From Chthonomonadales bacterium (GTDB taxonomy: Bacteria > Armatimonadota > Chthonomonadetes > Chthonomonadales > CAJBBX01): a stretch of DNA of 42,314 nucleotides. The notes beneath the pieces are model-generated. The model was not told the origin of the DNA and made no database searches. It saw nothing but the letters and a program-made list of their open reading frames with translations. The stretch is taken from contig JBBIPC010000009.1 of assembly GCA_037443035.1 (NCBI GenBank), positions 81,984 to 124,297 of the forward strand, read 5' to 3'. The translations under genes and the position numbers were made by a program. Shown one piece after another: positions 28,122 through 35,954 of the stretch. Within the stretch, counting starts at the first letter, position 1, and the number at the start of each line of letters is the position of its first letter.

Positions 28122-28391
28122 ATGATGGAAAAGAACACAGTCAGTATCACGGTGGAGACGGTGGACCAGACACGCCGCGCTGACGTGAGTTTGTCACCCC
28201 ATACGAACGTTGGCGAAATCGTGCGATTGGGCAAGCAGAACTGGAAGCTGCCAGAGACGGATTACGCCCTCGTGAATGTTCGTACGGGCCAGCAGCTCTC
28301 GCCCAGCGGCACTCTCGCTCAGCAAGGCGTTCAGGAAGGAGATCGCCTGGTCTTGCAGCCCCTGTTCCATGCCGGAGCCGGCGTCCAGTGA
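28122..28391 (+). CDS. Ubiquitin-like beta-grasp protein (YukD/EsaB-like Ubl)
   Basis: Strong RBS GAGGAGGT; 89 aa with beta-grasp pattern ...LSPSGTLAQQGVQEGDRLVLQP and C-terminus FHAG-AGVQ; stop overlaps the E2 GTG start. Confidence 0.85.
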   Translation: MMEKNTVSITVETVDQTRRADVSLSPHTNVGEIVRLGKQNWKLPETDYALVNVRTGQQLSPSGTLAQQGVQEGDRLVLQPLFHAGAGVQ

Positions 28392-28915
28392 ATCGGATCA
28401 GGAACCAGCGTCTGTCCGCGGATCATCAGAAGCTCCTTGCGCTGGTGGCGTCCAACGGTGACCGGCTGGCGATCCAGTCCATTCAGGGCACCCCGCCGGA
28501 TCGTTACGAAGTCACGATCCGGTGCAAGAGCGTCGTTGCCTTTCGTAGCGGACGCCCCGTCTACGGCGAGAACCACATGGTTCGCATCTCTCTGCCGCCT
28601 GGATACCCCCTACAAGATCGCCCACGGGCCACCCTCCTGAGTCCGATTGCCCACCCCCACATCTTCTCCAACCGAGACGTGTGCATCGGATCCCGGGGTT
28701 CGGTGACCGAGTTCCTGGACGCCTTCGTCCGGCGGCTCTATGACATCCTCCGGTACGATCCTAGGTACCTCGACCCGAGGAGTCCAGCCAACCTCCCCGC
28801 CATGGAATGGGCGCAACTCAACAGGCATCTCTTCCCCCTCGATCCATGGGAGCTCCGTGCGCCAGGCATTGGCAAGCCGGAACCGCCACCCATCGTCTGG
28901 ATCAACCGCCAGTAG
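28388..28915 (+). CDS. UBC-fold E2 ubiquitin-conjugating enzyme
   Basis: RLSADHQKL N-terminal helix, LPPGYP, PIAHPHIFSNRDVCIG (HPN-like motif plus catalytic Cys at 28682-28684), SPANLPAMEW (UBC PAN motif). Confidence 0.9.
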   Translation: MNRIRNQRLSADHQKLLALVASNGDRLAIQSIQGTPPDRYEVTIRCKSVVAFRSGRPVYGENHMVRISLPPGYPLQDRPRATLLSPIAHPHIFSNRDVCIGSRGSVTEFLDAFVRRLYDILRYDPRYLDPRSPANLPAMEWAQLNRHLFPLDPWELRAPGIGKPEPPPIVWINRQ

Positions 28916-28930
28916 ATCAGGACTGCCTGC

Positions 28931-29656
28931 ATGGCCACGAGACGGACAACCAGCGTCGAGTTCGTTCGGTCATTGCTGAGCGACCAGGACTGCCGCGGTG
29001 GATTCGTGGTGGGCCTTGCCATTGGCGTACTCCTCGGCTTCCATCTGGTGCGCAAGCCCCGCCGGGAGGAGCCGCCCGTCGAGTGGACTGAAGGTCCGCC
29101 ACCCCAGCAGGAGCCACCCTCCAGACCGCCAATCGAGTGGACCGAGCGTTCCGACGTCATCAGCCTGACCCCAGGTCTGTCCATACCCCCTGGCTCGTAC
29201 CTCTGGCGAAGCTCCATGCTCGTCGCCATCACGCCAGAAGCGCAGGAGACTATGGACCGATATGCGAGCGGCGACACGCGAACCGAGCGCATGGGGTATC
29301 TCGTCGGCCGAGTCGGTTACACACAGATAGGATCGGAGCTTCTGACGATCGTGGAGCAGGCCGTACCCCTACCATCCTCGTACGCTACCGCCACCCATGT
29401 TGCCATCACCAGCGAGTCGCTGCCGGTACTCGCGGCTGCGGTACGGGAGTTCCCTCCAGGCGTGGCTGCGGTTGGCTGGTTCCACACCCACCCTGGGCTA
29501 GGCGTATTCCTGTCCGGCACAGATCATCATACGCAGCGTACATGTTTCCCGCATGATTGGCAAGTTGCCGTCGTTCTCGACCCTGTGGACCGTGCCATGG
29601 GGGTGTTCACGGGACCCAGTGGCGTCAGGGCGAAGCTGGTGGCCGTGCCGAGATGA
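28931..29656 (+). CDS. JAB/MPN+ (JAMM) metallo-isopeptidase with N-terminal hydrophobic helix
   Basis: ERMGYLVG (catalytic Glu) and GWFHTHPGLGVFLSGTD (HxH-x7-S-x2-D, Rpn11/CSN5-like), VVLDP; N-terminal GGFVVGLAIGVLLGFHLV. Confidence 0.9.
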   Translation: MATRRTTSVEFVRSLLSDQDCRGGFVVGLAIGVLLGFHLVRKPRREEPPVEWTEGPPPQQEPPSRPPIEWTERSDVISLTPGLSIPPGSYLWRSSMLVAITPEAQETMDRYASGDTRTERMGYLVGRVGYTQIGSELLTIVEQAVPLPSSYATATHVAITSESLPVLAAAVREFPPGVAAVGWFHTHPGLGVFLSGTDHHTQRTCFPHDWQVAVVLDPVDRAMGVFTGPSGVRAKLVAVPR

Positions 29657-29707
29657 GCCGTACCTGCCGAGCGCACCGGTTCGGGAGTGACGCTAAGGAG
29701 GAGAACC

Positions 29708-31135
29708 ATGAGCCAACATCGTCTCGCGGTTGCTTCGCTGCTCGTCCTCGGAGCGAGCGCCGCATTGCCGTACGGTAGCACGACGCAGACCGACGTCCAG
29801 AGGATTCCCCCTGTGGGCCGCCCGTCGGATCGGATCCGTCCGTACACCGGCAACCCGCGCTACTGGCAGTACAAAGGCAAACCCGTGTTGTTGCTCGGAG
29901 GCAGCAAGGACGACAACCTTTTCCAGATACCGGACCTGCGGCAGCATATCGACGAGATGAAGTTGGTCGGCGCGAACTACATTCGGAACACCATGAGCGA
30001 CCGTCCGGACTTCGGCTTCGAGGTGTACCCGTTCCTGAAGCGCCCCGACGGCAAGTACGATCTGGAGCGATGGAACCCAGAGTACTGGCGGCGGTTCTCC
30101 GAGATGTTGAAGCTAACCTACGATCGGGATATCGTGGTGCAGATCGAGGTCTGGGACCGATTCGACTATGCCCAACAGCGATGGCCGATCCACCCCTACA
30201 ACCCTGCCAACAATGTCAACTACACCTACGAGCAGTCCGGATTCGCCCCGCAATACCCGGACCATCCGGGAGCCAATCGCCAGCCCTTCTTCTTCACGAC
30301 GCCTGTCCAGCGCAACAACCAGGTGGTATTCCGGTACCAACAGCGCTTCGTTGATGAGATGCTGCGGAGGTCGCTCCCCTATCCCAACGTGCTCTACTGT
30401 ATGGACAACGAGACCTCCGGAGACGAGAAGTGGAGCCGCTTCTGGGCGGAGTACATCCGGGCCGCCGGCAGGAAGGCTGGCGTCGAGGTGCAGGTGACGG
30501 AAATGTGGGACGATTGGAACATCACTTCGGACGTCCATCGCCGCACCCTGGACCATCCCGAGTTGTACACGTTCGTGGACGTTTCCCAAAACAATCATAA
30601 CAAAGGCCAGACGCACTGGGACCGCTTCCAGTGGGCCCGTGAGCACATCGCCGCAAAGCCCAGACCGATCAATACGGTGAAAACGTACGGGGCGGACAGC
30701 GGGCGTTTCGGCACAACTGCCGATGGACTGGAGCGCTGGTGGAGGCACCTCATAGGCGGAGCAGCAGCCGTTCGCTTCCACAGACCCGATTCAGGGCTTG
30801 GCCTGTCTCGTCCGGCGAAGGCGTCCATCCAAGCCGGTCGCCTGCTGGCAGCTCGGATGAACTTGTGGGAGGCAGAACCGACGAACGGTATTCTACGTGA
30901 CCGCAGCGAAGATGAGGCTTACGCGACAGTCAAGGCCGGAGCTGCCTGCGCGGTCTATTTCCCGCGAGCCGGTCAAGTGAAGCTGGACCTCTCGAGCTGG
31001 CGCGGGAAGTACCGCCTCGAATGGATAGACGTCACCAAGGGAACGCTCCACACTGTCAGTATCGTGACGGCGAATACTGAGCTTCCCCTCCGCACTCCTG
31101 GCGACGGAATGTGGTTGGCGGTCGTTCGCCGTTGA
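29708..31135 (+). CDS. Secreted DUF6298/GH5-like TIM-barrel protein with C-terminal collagen-binding-like beta domain
   Basis: AAGGAGGAG RBS and signal peptide; [34 protein letters not shown] tail. Confidence 0.7.
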   Translation: MSQHRLAVASLLVLGASAALPYGSTTQTDVQRIPPVGRPSDRIRPYTGNPRYWQYKGKPVLLLGGSKDDNLFQIPDLRQHIDEMKLVGANYIRNTMSDRPDFGFEVYPFLKRPDGKYDLERWNPEYWRRFSEMLKLTYDRDIVVQIEVWDRFDYAQQRWPIHPYNPANNVNYTYEQSGFAPQYPDHPGANRQPFFFTTPVQRNNQVVFRYQQRFVDEMLRRSLPYPNVLYCMDNETSGDEKWSRFWAEYIRAAGRKAGVEVQVTEMWDDWNITSDVHRRTLDHPELYTFVDVSQNNHNKGQTHWDRFQWAREHIAAKPRPINTVKTYGADSGRFGTTADGLERWWRHLIGGAAAVRFHRPDSGLGLSRPAKASIQAGRLLAARMNLWEAEPTNGILRDRSEDEAYATVKAGAACAVYFPRAGQVKLDLSSWRGKYRLEWIDVTKGTLHTVSIVTANTELPLRTPGDGMWLAVVRR

Positions 31136-31168
31136 CGATCTCGATTGCAGGTCCCATCCGTCGAAGCG

Positions 31169-31207
31169 AAAAGAAGGTCCCGGATAACGTCGAGGCCGTC
31201 CGGGACC
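31169..31207 (-). terminator. Rho-independent terminator
   Basis: Perfect 9-bp stem GGTCCCGGA/TCCGGGACC followed on the minus strand by TTCTTTT. Confidence 0.75.
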
Positions 31208-31300
31208 CGGTAGGAGGATACAGGCGTCTTGCCAACCCTGATGTGTCGCCGGCCCATGCGACACTCCGCCCGTGAGACGTCTCGAAGGGCATTCAGGTTG
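31169..31300 (-). ncRNA. Candidate small RNA (three-way junction + anti-SD segment + terminator)
   Basis: Minus strand: -10 TACAAT (31306-31311); closing stem CAACCTGA/TCAGGGTTG enclosing two hairpins; single-stranded CCTCCT (31212-31217); terminator 31169-31207. Confidence 0.55.
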
Positions 31301-31459
31301 TCTCCATTGTACGGAAACAATGTTCAGAGAACGTTCAATGCACGCTCGCTCGCTTGTCATCTTTCCAGGAAGGCGCGGCATCGCTGGCGAAGATAGAGAC
31401 CGGACGCGGCCATGCGCTCCACAGATGTCGCCTCGGATCGGTGAAAAAGAAGGCATTCC

Positions 31460-32680
31460 ATGACGGATCGTGATATCCTCCGCTGCCTAGCCTCCAGATG
31501 GATGGAGCTGGCAACCCAGCCGGTGATGGCCGAGCGCATACGGCTGTGGACCGCGCTCAAGGACCTGCGCGCCGAGCGACCCATGGTCCTCTTCGAGACA
31601 TGGTCGCTCCTAGGCTACGTGTTAGATGAGGAGCTCCAGTGCGAGAATCCGGCCAACCGCTGGATGGAATGGCACATGCGGTCCATCATCCGACATGCCG
31701 AGGAGGTTGGCGACGATATCGTCGTCGAACCCATCTGGCGCGTAGGATGGCACATCGAGGGTACAGACTACGGCGTGCCGCTCACCGCGAGGCATGCCGA
31801 GGACGTCCTCGGGGATCATGTGGCGTATCACTACGATCATCCCATTCGTACCACAGAAGACATCGGTAGGCTGAGACCCCGAACATGGACGGTGGACCGA
31901 GAAGCCACCTACCGCGAAGTCGAGCGCCTCGACGGTCTGTTCGGCGACATTCTGCCTGTACGCCTCCACGGCACGACGGCGCTGCATGCCGGCCTCACGG
32001 GAGACCTCTTCCGCCTCATCGGCAACGACAACCTCATGACCTGGGTCGTGGACCATCCCGACGTCATTCACGGGATCATGGAATACCTCCGCGATGATCG
32101 CCTGACTTATTACCGGTGGCTGGAGAGCGAGAACCTGCTGGGACTGAACAACGACTCCACGCTCGTGGGGTCCGGTAGTCCAGGGTACACAACCGCTCTA
32201 CCGCAACCGGACTACGACGGTCGTGTCCGCCTGAAGGACGTCTGGGTCTGGATGGAATCCCAGGAATGCGCAGGTATCTCGCCGCGCATGTTCGCCGAGA
32301 TGTTTCTTCCGTACATGGCCGAGGTGGCCGCGCTATTCGGGCTGGTGTACTACGGCTGCTGCGAAGCTGTCCATGACCGCTGGGACGCTATCATTCAGGC
32401 CATGCCGCATGTCCGGGCTGTGTCGGTGTCACCGTGGTGCCACATGGAGGAGATTGCAGCGAAGCTCGGGCGCGCCGTCGTCTTCAGCCGGAAACCCCGG
32501 CCCGCGCCGATCAGTGGTGACGAGCCGGACTGGGACGCCTTGCGGCAAGATGCCGAAGCGACGCTCGAAGCTGCGCGCGGATGCAACCTGGAGATCATCT
32601 ACCGAGACGTCTACCGCATCGGAAACGACCGGAGCCGGTTGCGGCGCTGGACAGACATGGCCCGGAGCCTCATGGACTAA
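31460..32680 (+). CDS. URO-D/methyltransferase-like TIM-barrel hypothetical protein
   Basis: 406 aa; ESQE, ISPRMFAEMFLPY, YYGCCE, VSVSPW, SRKP motifs. Confidence 0.7.
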   Translation: MTDRDILRCLASRWMELATQPVMAERIRLWTALKDLRAERPMVLFETWSLLGYVLDEELQCENPANRWMEWHMRSIIRHAEEVGDDIVVEPIWRVGWHIEGTDYGVPLTARHAEDVLGDHVAYHYDHPIRTTEDIGRLRPRTWTVDREATYREVERLDGLFGDILPVRLHGTTALHAGLTGDLFRLIGNDNLMTWVVDHPDVIHGIMEYLRDDRLTYYRWLESENLLGLNNDSTLVGSGSPGYTTALPQPDYDGRVRLKDVWVWMESQECAGISPRMFAEMFLPYMAEVAALFGLVYYGCCEAVHDRWDAIIQAMPHVRAVSVSPWCHMEEIAAKLGRAVVFSRKPRPAPISGDEPDWDALRQDAEATLEAARGCNLEIIYRDVYRIGNDRSRLRRWTDMARSLMD

Positions 32681-32707
32681 CGGAAGCGCCCGCACCCGCG
32701 GAATGTA

Positions 32708-32767
32708 TCCGACCTGTCCGACCTGTCCGACCTGTCCGACCTGTCTGACCTGTCCGACCTGTCTGAC
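32708..32767. repeat. 9-bp tandem repeat (TCCGACCTG) x6 plus a partial copy
   Basis: Units at 32708, 32717, 32726, 32735, 32744 (TCTGACCTG variant), 32753, and partial TCTGAC at 32762; lies between convergent genes. Confidence 0.95.
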
Positions 32768-32793
32768 TACTACAACCCTACTCAGTCACGGTC

Positions 32794-34503
32794 TCACGTC
32801 GCGCCGTCTTCCGCCTCCAGCGCCGCACGCTTGGCTCCGAGATCTGCAAGAGCGGCGCTGACAGCAGATTCCCCCTCGGCCTGGAGCGCTCTGGCTCGCT
32901 CCATACCCCGCTGGGCCGCCTCGAGCACCTCCTTGAGGACGTAACGGATCTCGCTCTCGAGCGCCATACGGCTGTCCTGCAGTCTCTGTTTGACGCTGTT
33001 CTCGACCCGAATCGCGTTGACTTCCAGCAAGCGCCGCAGAAAGGCGGCGGCGTCCCGCTGGATGGCCCCCATGGTGAGAGATACGGGGAGGATGGCCTCG
33101 ATAAACCACTGCAGGAGCGGTACGAGACCCGCCGGTGACGCCACATTGTGGAAATCGGCGAACGTGAACCGTCTCCCGCGGCGTGTTGCGGCGTCGCCGC
33201 CGACTTGCTCCGGCAGCGGAACCGAGGTCCAGTTCTCCGAGCTTCGGAGCCGCTGGAGGAGATCGTTCACCATGTCCGTGAAACGCTCCGTCACGTGTCG
33301 GTAGGCTTCGGCAGCTACTCTCTCGCTCTGGCCGAGCCATGGAGTCACCCGTTGTCGAGCGGTCCGCTGGGCTTCGCCGAAGGCATAGGCGCGCAGCGCC
33401 GGCCCGAACCGAATACGGCTGTCACGCACCGTCTGGATCAGTTCCTTCTCGGCCTGGGGAATGGCCTGCTGGAGGAACTCGGTACGCCGTCGAGCGAACT
33501 GACTGCCGAGACGCTGCAGTTCGGCATCGAAGAGAGGTCCGATCTCCCACAGTGCCCGGGAAGCTTCCTCCTGAGCGTCCTTGAGCAGTGTCAGGCGCCT
33601 GGCGGTCTCTTCGAGTGGACGCCGCAGGGCTGCCTCTTCCTCAGCCAGTATGTTGCGCAATCGGGCCGCGAGGCGATGCAATCCCCTGTGAATCGCCGAC
33701 TCCACGAGCACTTCGCCCGACTCCTCCGCCAGAGTGCGCAAGTGCTCCATGAGCGCGGACCAGTCCCGCGTGGCCTGGCCAGTGGTTAGACGCTCCAATG
33801 CGCTGACGCGGAATACTCTTTCCACGGGTCTCCCGAGTTTCTGCGAGAGAACCCGTTCGGCAAATGCCGCTGCTTCTTCGCACTCTTCGTCCGAGACCCG
33901 ATCGGCCTTATTCATCACGAAGACGAAGGTCTCGACTTGGCGCGCGATCTCCAGAATGAGCGCGGTTTCTTCGCCGGATATGGGCGGGTCTGCTCCGAAG
34001 ACGGCTAGCGCAGCGTCAATGTGAGGCACGAACTCGCGAGTGGCCTCACTGTTGGCCTCGAACACCGACCCGAGACCCGGAGTGTCTACGAAACACAGTC
34101 CCGATGCTAGGAGCGGGCTCGGCAAGAAGACCTCCACGGCGAGAACGCCTTTCGCATTCCCTGGGTTGCGCTCCTCCGAGACGTAATCCGGCAGGTCTTC
34201 CCGGGCAATCTCTAGCCACGGCATCCCGGATTGACGCAGGCGAATCATTGCGCGGTCGCCATGACGCAGAATGGTCACGACAGACGTCACGGGAACGGTC
34301 CCCGTCGGAAGGATCCTATCGCCGACAAGGGCGTTGAGCAGCGTGGACTTCCCACGTTTGAACTGCCCGACACAGGCCACGTAGAATCTGCCCTCAGCCG
34401 CGCGCTGGGCAAGGGAGTGCGCTTCGTCGGCAACCCCCGCGGCCCCGATCTCGTGCGCTAGACGTTCAAGGTGCTGCAGGCGACTTAGCGCATCCGCGCT
34501 CAT
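32794..34503 (-). CDS. Bacterial dynamin-like GTPase
   Basis: G1 GQFKRGKST, G2 PVTS, G3 DTPG, G4 NKAD; long helical C-terminal stalk with a hydrophobic segment (GLVPLLQWFIEAILPV). Confidence 0.88.
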   Translation of the reverse strand: MSADALSRLQHLERLAHEIGAAGVADEAHSLAQRAAEGRFYVACVGQFKRGKSTLLNALVGDRILPTGTVPVTSVVTILRHGDRAMIRLRQSGMPWLEIAREDLPDYVSEERNPGNAKGVLAVEVFLPSPLLASGLCFVDTPGLGSVFEANSEATREFVPHIDAALAVFGADPPISGEETALILEIARQVETFVFVMNKADRVSDEECEEAAAFAERVLSQKLGRPVERVFRVSALERLTTGQATRDWSALMEHLRTLAEESGEVLVESAIHRGLHRLAARLRNILAEEEAALRRPLEETARRLTLLKDAQEEASRALWEIGPLFDAELQRLGSQFARRRTEFLQQAIPQAEKELIQTVRDSRIRFGPALRAYAFGEAQRTARQRVTPWLGQSERVAAEAYRHVTERFTDMVNDLLQRLRSSENWTSVPLPEQVGGDAATRRGRRFTFADFHNVASPAGLVPLLQWFIEAILPVSLTMGAIQRDAAAFLRRLLEVNAIRVENSVKQRLQDSRMALESEIRYVLKEVLEAAQRGMERARALQAEGESAVSAALADLGAKRAALEAEDGAT

Positions 34504-34958
34504 TCCCCAGCACTCCCACCTTTCTTCGGTGCTGCACGATAGCCGTCCAGAAGGCGGCGAATCGCATGGGTTTCCTGACGCATGGCGTCCGCGAGTGCAG
34601 CCATGCGCTCCCGGTCCGGAGACGTGATGGGGCCGTATTGCTGGACCATGCGGTCGGGATGGAGATCATCCACGATCTCTTCCTCGAGACTACGCAGGAG
34701 CACCGATAACCAGAAGAGCGTGGCGCTCCGGCCGTCGGCACGTTCCTGTTCCGCCAAGCGGTCGGGGCACTCGCACCACACGGCGTCTCGAAGCAGGCTC
34801 ACGAGGCGGGCGAGGTGCACCTCCACTTGCTGCCATTCGTCATGGTCCAGCGGCGTCAGCGCCGCCCCGCTGACGGGACTTCGACCGTCCCTGCCCGCAC
34901 GCTCCATACGGCTGGCCATTTCCTGGACAGCGTTCAGCGCTGCAAACAGGTGGTTCAC
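34500..34958 (-). CDS. Hypothetical helical protein translationally coupled to the dynamin-like gene
   Basis: GTG at 34958 with GGAAGGA RBS, 152 aa; ATGA overlap with the dynamin start. Confidence 0.65.
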   Translation of the reverse strand: MNHLFAALNAVQEMASRMERAGRDGRSPVSGAALTPLDHDEWQQVEVHLARLVSLLRDAVWCECPDRLAEQERADGRSATLFWLSVLLRSLEEEIVDDLHPDRMVQQYGPITSPDRERMAALADAMRQETHAIRRLLDGYRAAPKKGGSAGE

Positions 34959-34969
34959 ATGTCCTTCCG

Positions 34970-35692
34970 TCACCTTGCATGCCCCCCATTGCGGCGGTAG
35001 GTGATGCGTCCTCCGAACTTGAGCAGGGCTCGGATCCACGCATCGCTCTCACGGCCCATGGGTTCGTGTCGGTACCTAGCGTCGGACTTGCGCACGAACT
35101 CGGCCAGCTCTGCCCAGAGTCGCATCAGTGCCGTGCGCTCGTGCTCCACGAGGAATAGGCGCGTCTCGCCGGATGTCCGTTCCAGCACCGCCATCAGATG
35201 CCGAAGGCAGAGACCTGCAGTAGCTTCGAACGCGGCGCGTAACTCCATATCGCGTAGTGCCTCCGCCATGGCGCCGGCGTAGAGATCCATATCCTCGTCT
35301 TCTGCAACACAGAGCGGACACGTTCCCTGGCTAAGGTCCGCCGACGAGCCCGATGAAGTCGAGAGTCTCCGCAACGCCTCTCCGGTCACGTCTTGGTACA
35401 TGATCGAGACCGCCAGCGGGTTACCCCGTCGCAAAACAGCCTCGGCATGTCTGGCGCAGAATCCCAGTGAGGCCCGGAGTTGTGCTCTGAATTCTGGGTC
35501 ATTCACACCCTCACGGAACAGGTAAGCCAAGCGCCGCACACTTGCCTCGGTCTGCAAGCGGCACAGTGGACATCCCTCCAGTGCGATGGCCTCCCGCAGC
35601 TCATGATAGAGTGTGTGACGGGGGACACTCGGTCGGCTACTTCGCGACGCAGCCTGCCCATGTAGAGGGCCGGCAACAGCGATGGACCGCAT
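34970..35692 (-). CDS. DUF6062-like protein (duplicated CPxC ... GxCxxH Zn-binding module)
   Basis: GCPLC...VNDPEFR...GFCARH and CPLC...GLCLRH, FVRKSDARY. Start uncertain (35692 or 35791). Confidence 0.75.
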   Translation of the reverse strand: MRSIAVAGPLHGQAASRSSRPSVPRHTLYHELREAIALEGCPLCRLQTEASVRRLAYLFREGVNDPEFRAQLRASLGFCARHAEAVLRRGNPLAVSIMYQDVTGEALRRLSTSSGSSADLSQGTCPLCVAEDEDMDLYAGAMAEALRDMELRAAFEATAGLCLRHLMAVLERTSGETRLFLVEHERTALMRLWAELAEFVRKSDARYRHEPMGRESDAWIRALLKFGGRITYRRNGGHAR

Positions 35693-35794
35693 GTTGAACC
35701 GATGCTGTATCCACCGGAGACACGCTGCCGTCGTGTCCCGGAGGTTCGGATGCGCTAGCCTTTCGATCCGTGCCTTCACGTTCGCTAACATGGC

Positions 35795-35838
35795 AACAAG
35801 AAACCCCCGCCGGCGCGGTATTCGCGCTCGTCGGGGGT
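35795..35838 (-). terminator. Intrinsic terminator in the riboswitch leader
   Basis: Minus strand ACCCCCGACGAGCGCG-AATAC-CGCGCCGGCGGGGGT followed by TTCTTGTT. Confidence 0.65.
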
Positions 35839-35878
35839 GCTGTCTTGGTTCTGGCTCCCTCGTGATGCACGAACACCA

Positions 35879-35946
35879 CAAGGAGCCATCAGCTCACGTG
35901 GAGCGGTTCAGACGGCCTGGCCGTCTCGGCGGTCTCCATCGCCTAT
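35879..35946 (-). ncRNA. Fluoride riboswitch (crcB motif)
   Basis: Minus strand ATAGGCGATGGAGACCGCC-[hairpin]-GAACCGCTCCACGTGAGCTGATGGCTCCT: P1 GGCG/CGCC, pseudoknot GGAG/CTCC, GCTC/GAGC stem, conserved GCTGATG; matches the known crcB consensus. Confidence 0.88.
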
Positions 35947-35954
35947 TCGGGGGG

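Noticed and set aside
26888..28391. ThiF/MoeB plus ThiS/MoaD sulfur-carrier pair for thiamine or molybdopterin synthesis
   Set aside because: No thi/moa/cys genes nearby; the adjacent UBC-type E2 and RING-like gene point to protein conjugation.
28122..28391. YukD/EsaB as part of a type VII secretion system
   Set aside because: No FtsK/EssC ATPase or WXG100 genes; context is E1/E2/JAB.
31238..31300. Hammerhead ribozyme (CTGATG followed by a stem on the plus strand)
   Set aside because: Lacks the CUGAnGA and GAAA core.
31212..31400. Small plus-strand ORF after AGGAGG (type I toxin-like)
   Set aside because: Only a poorly spaced TTG start, and the peptide is not hydrophobic; the motif is better explained as the anti-SD of the minus-strand RNA.
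32708..32767. CRISPR array
   Set aside because: Contiguous 9-bp units, no spacers, no cas genes.
32373..32861. ORF with a CPTCPTCPT Cys-rich repeat
   Set aside because: It is the translation of the 9-bp DNA repeat and overlaps real genes on both sides.
32794..34503. Dynamin-like GTPase as part or target of the ubiquitin operon
   Set aside because: Opposite strand, 3 kb away, separated by unrelated genes and under its own riboswitch; no sequence evidence for a link.
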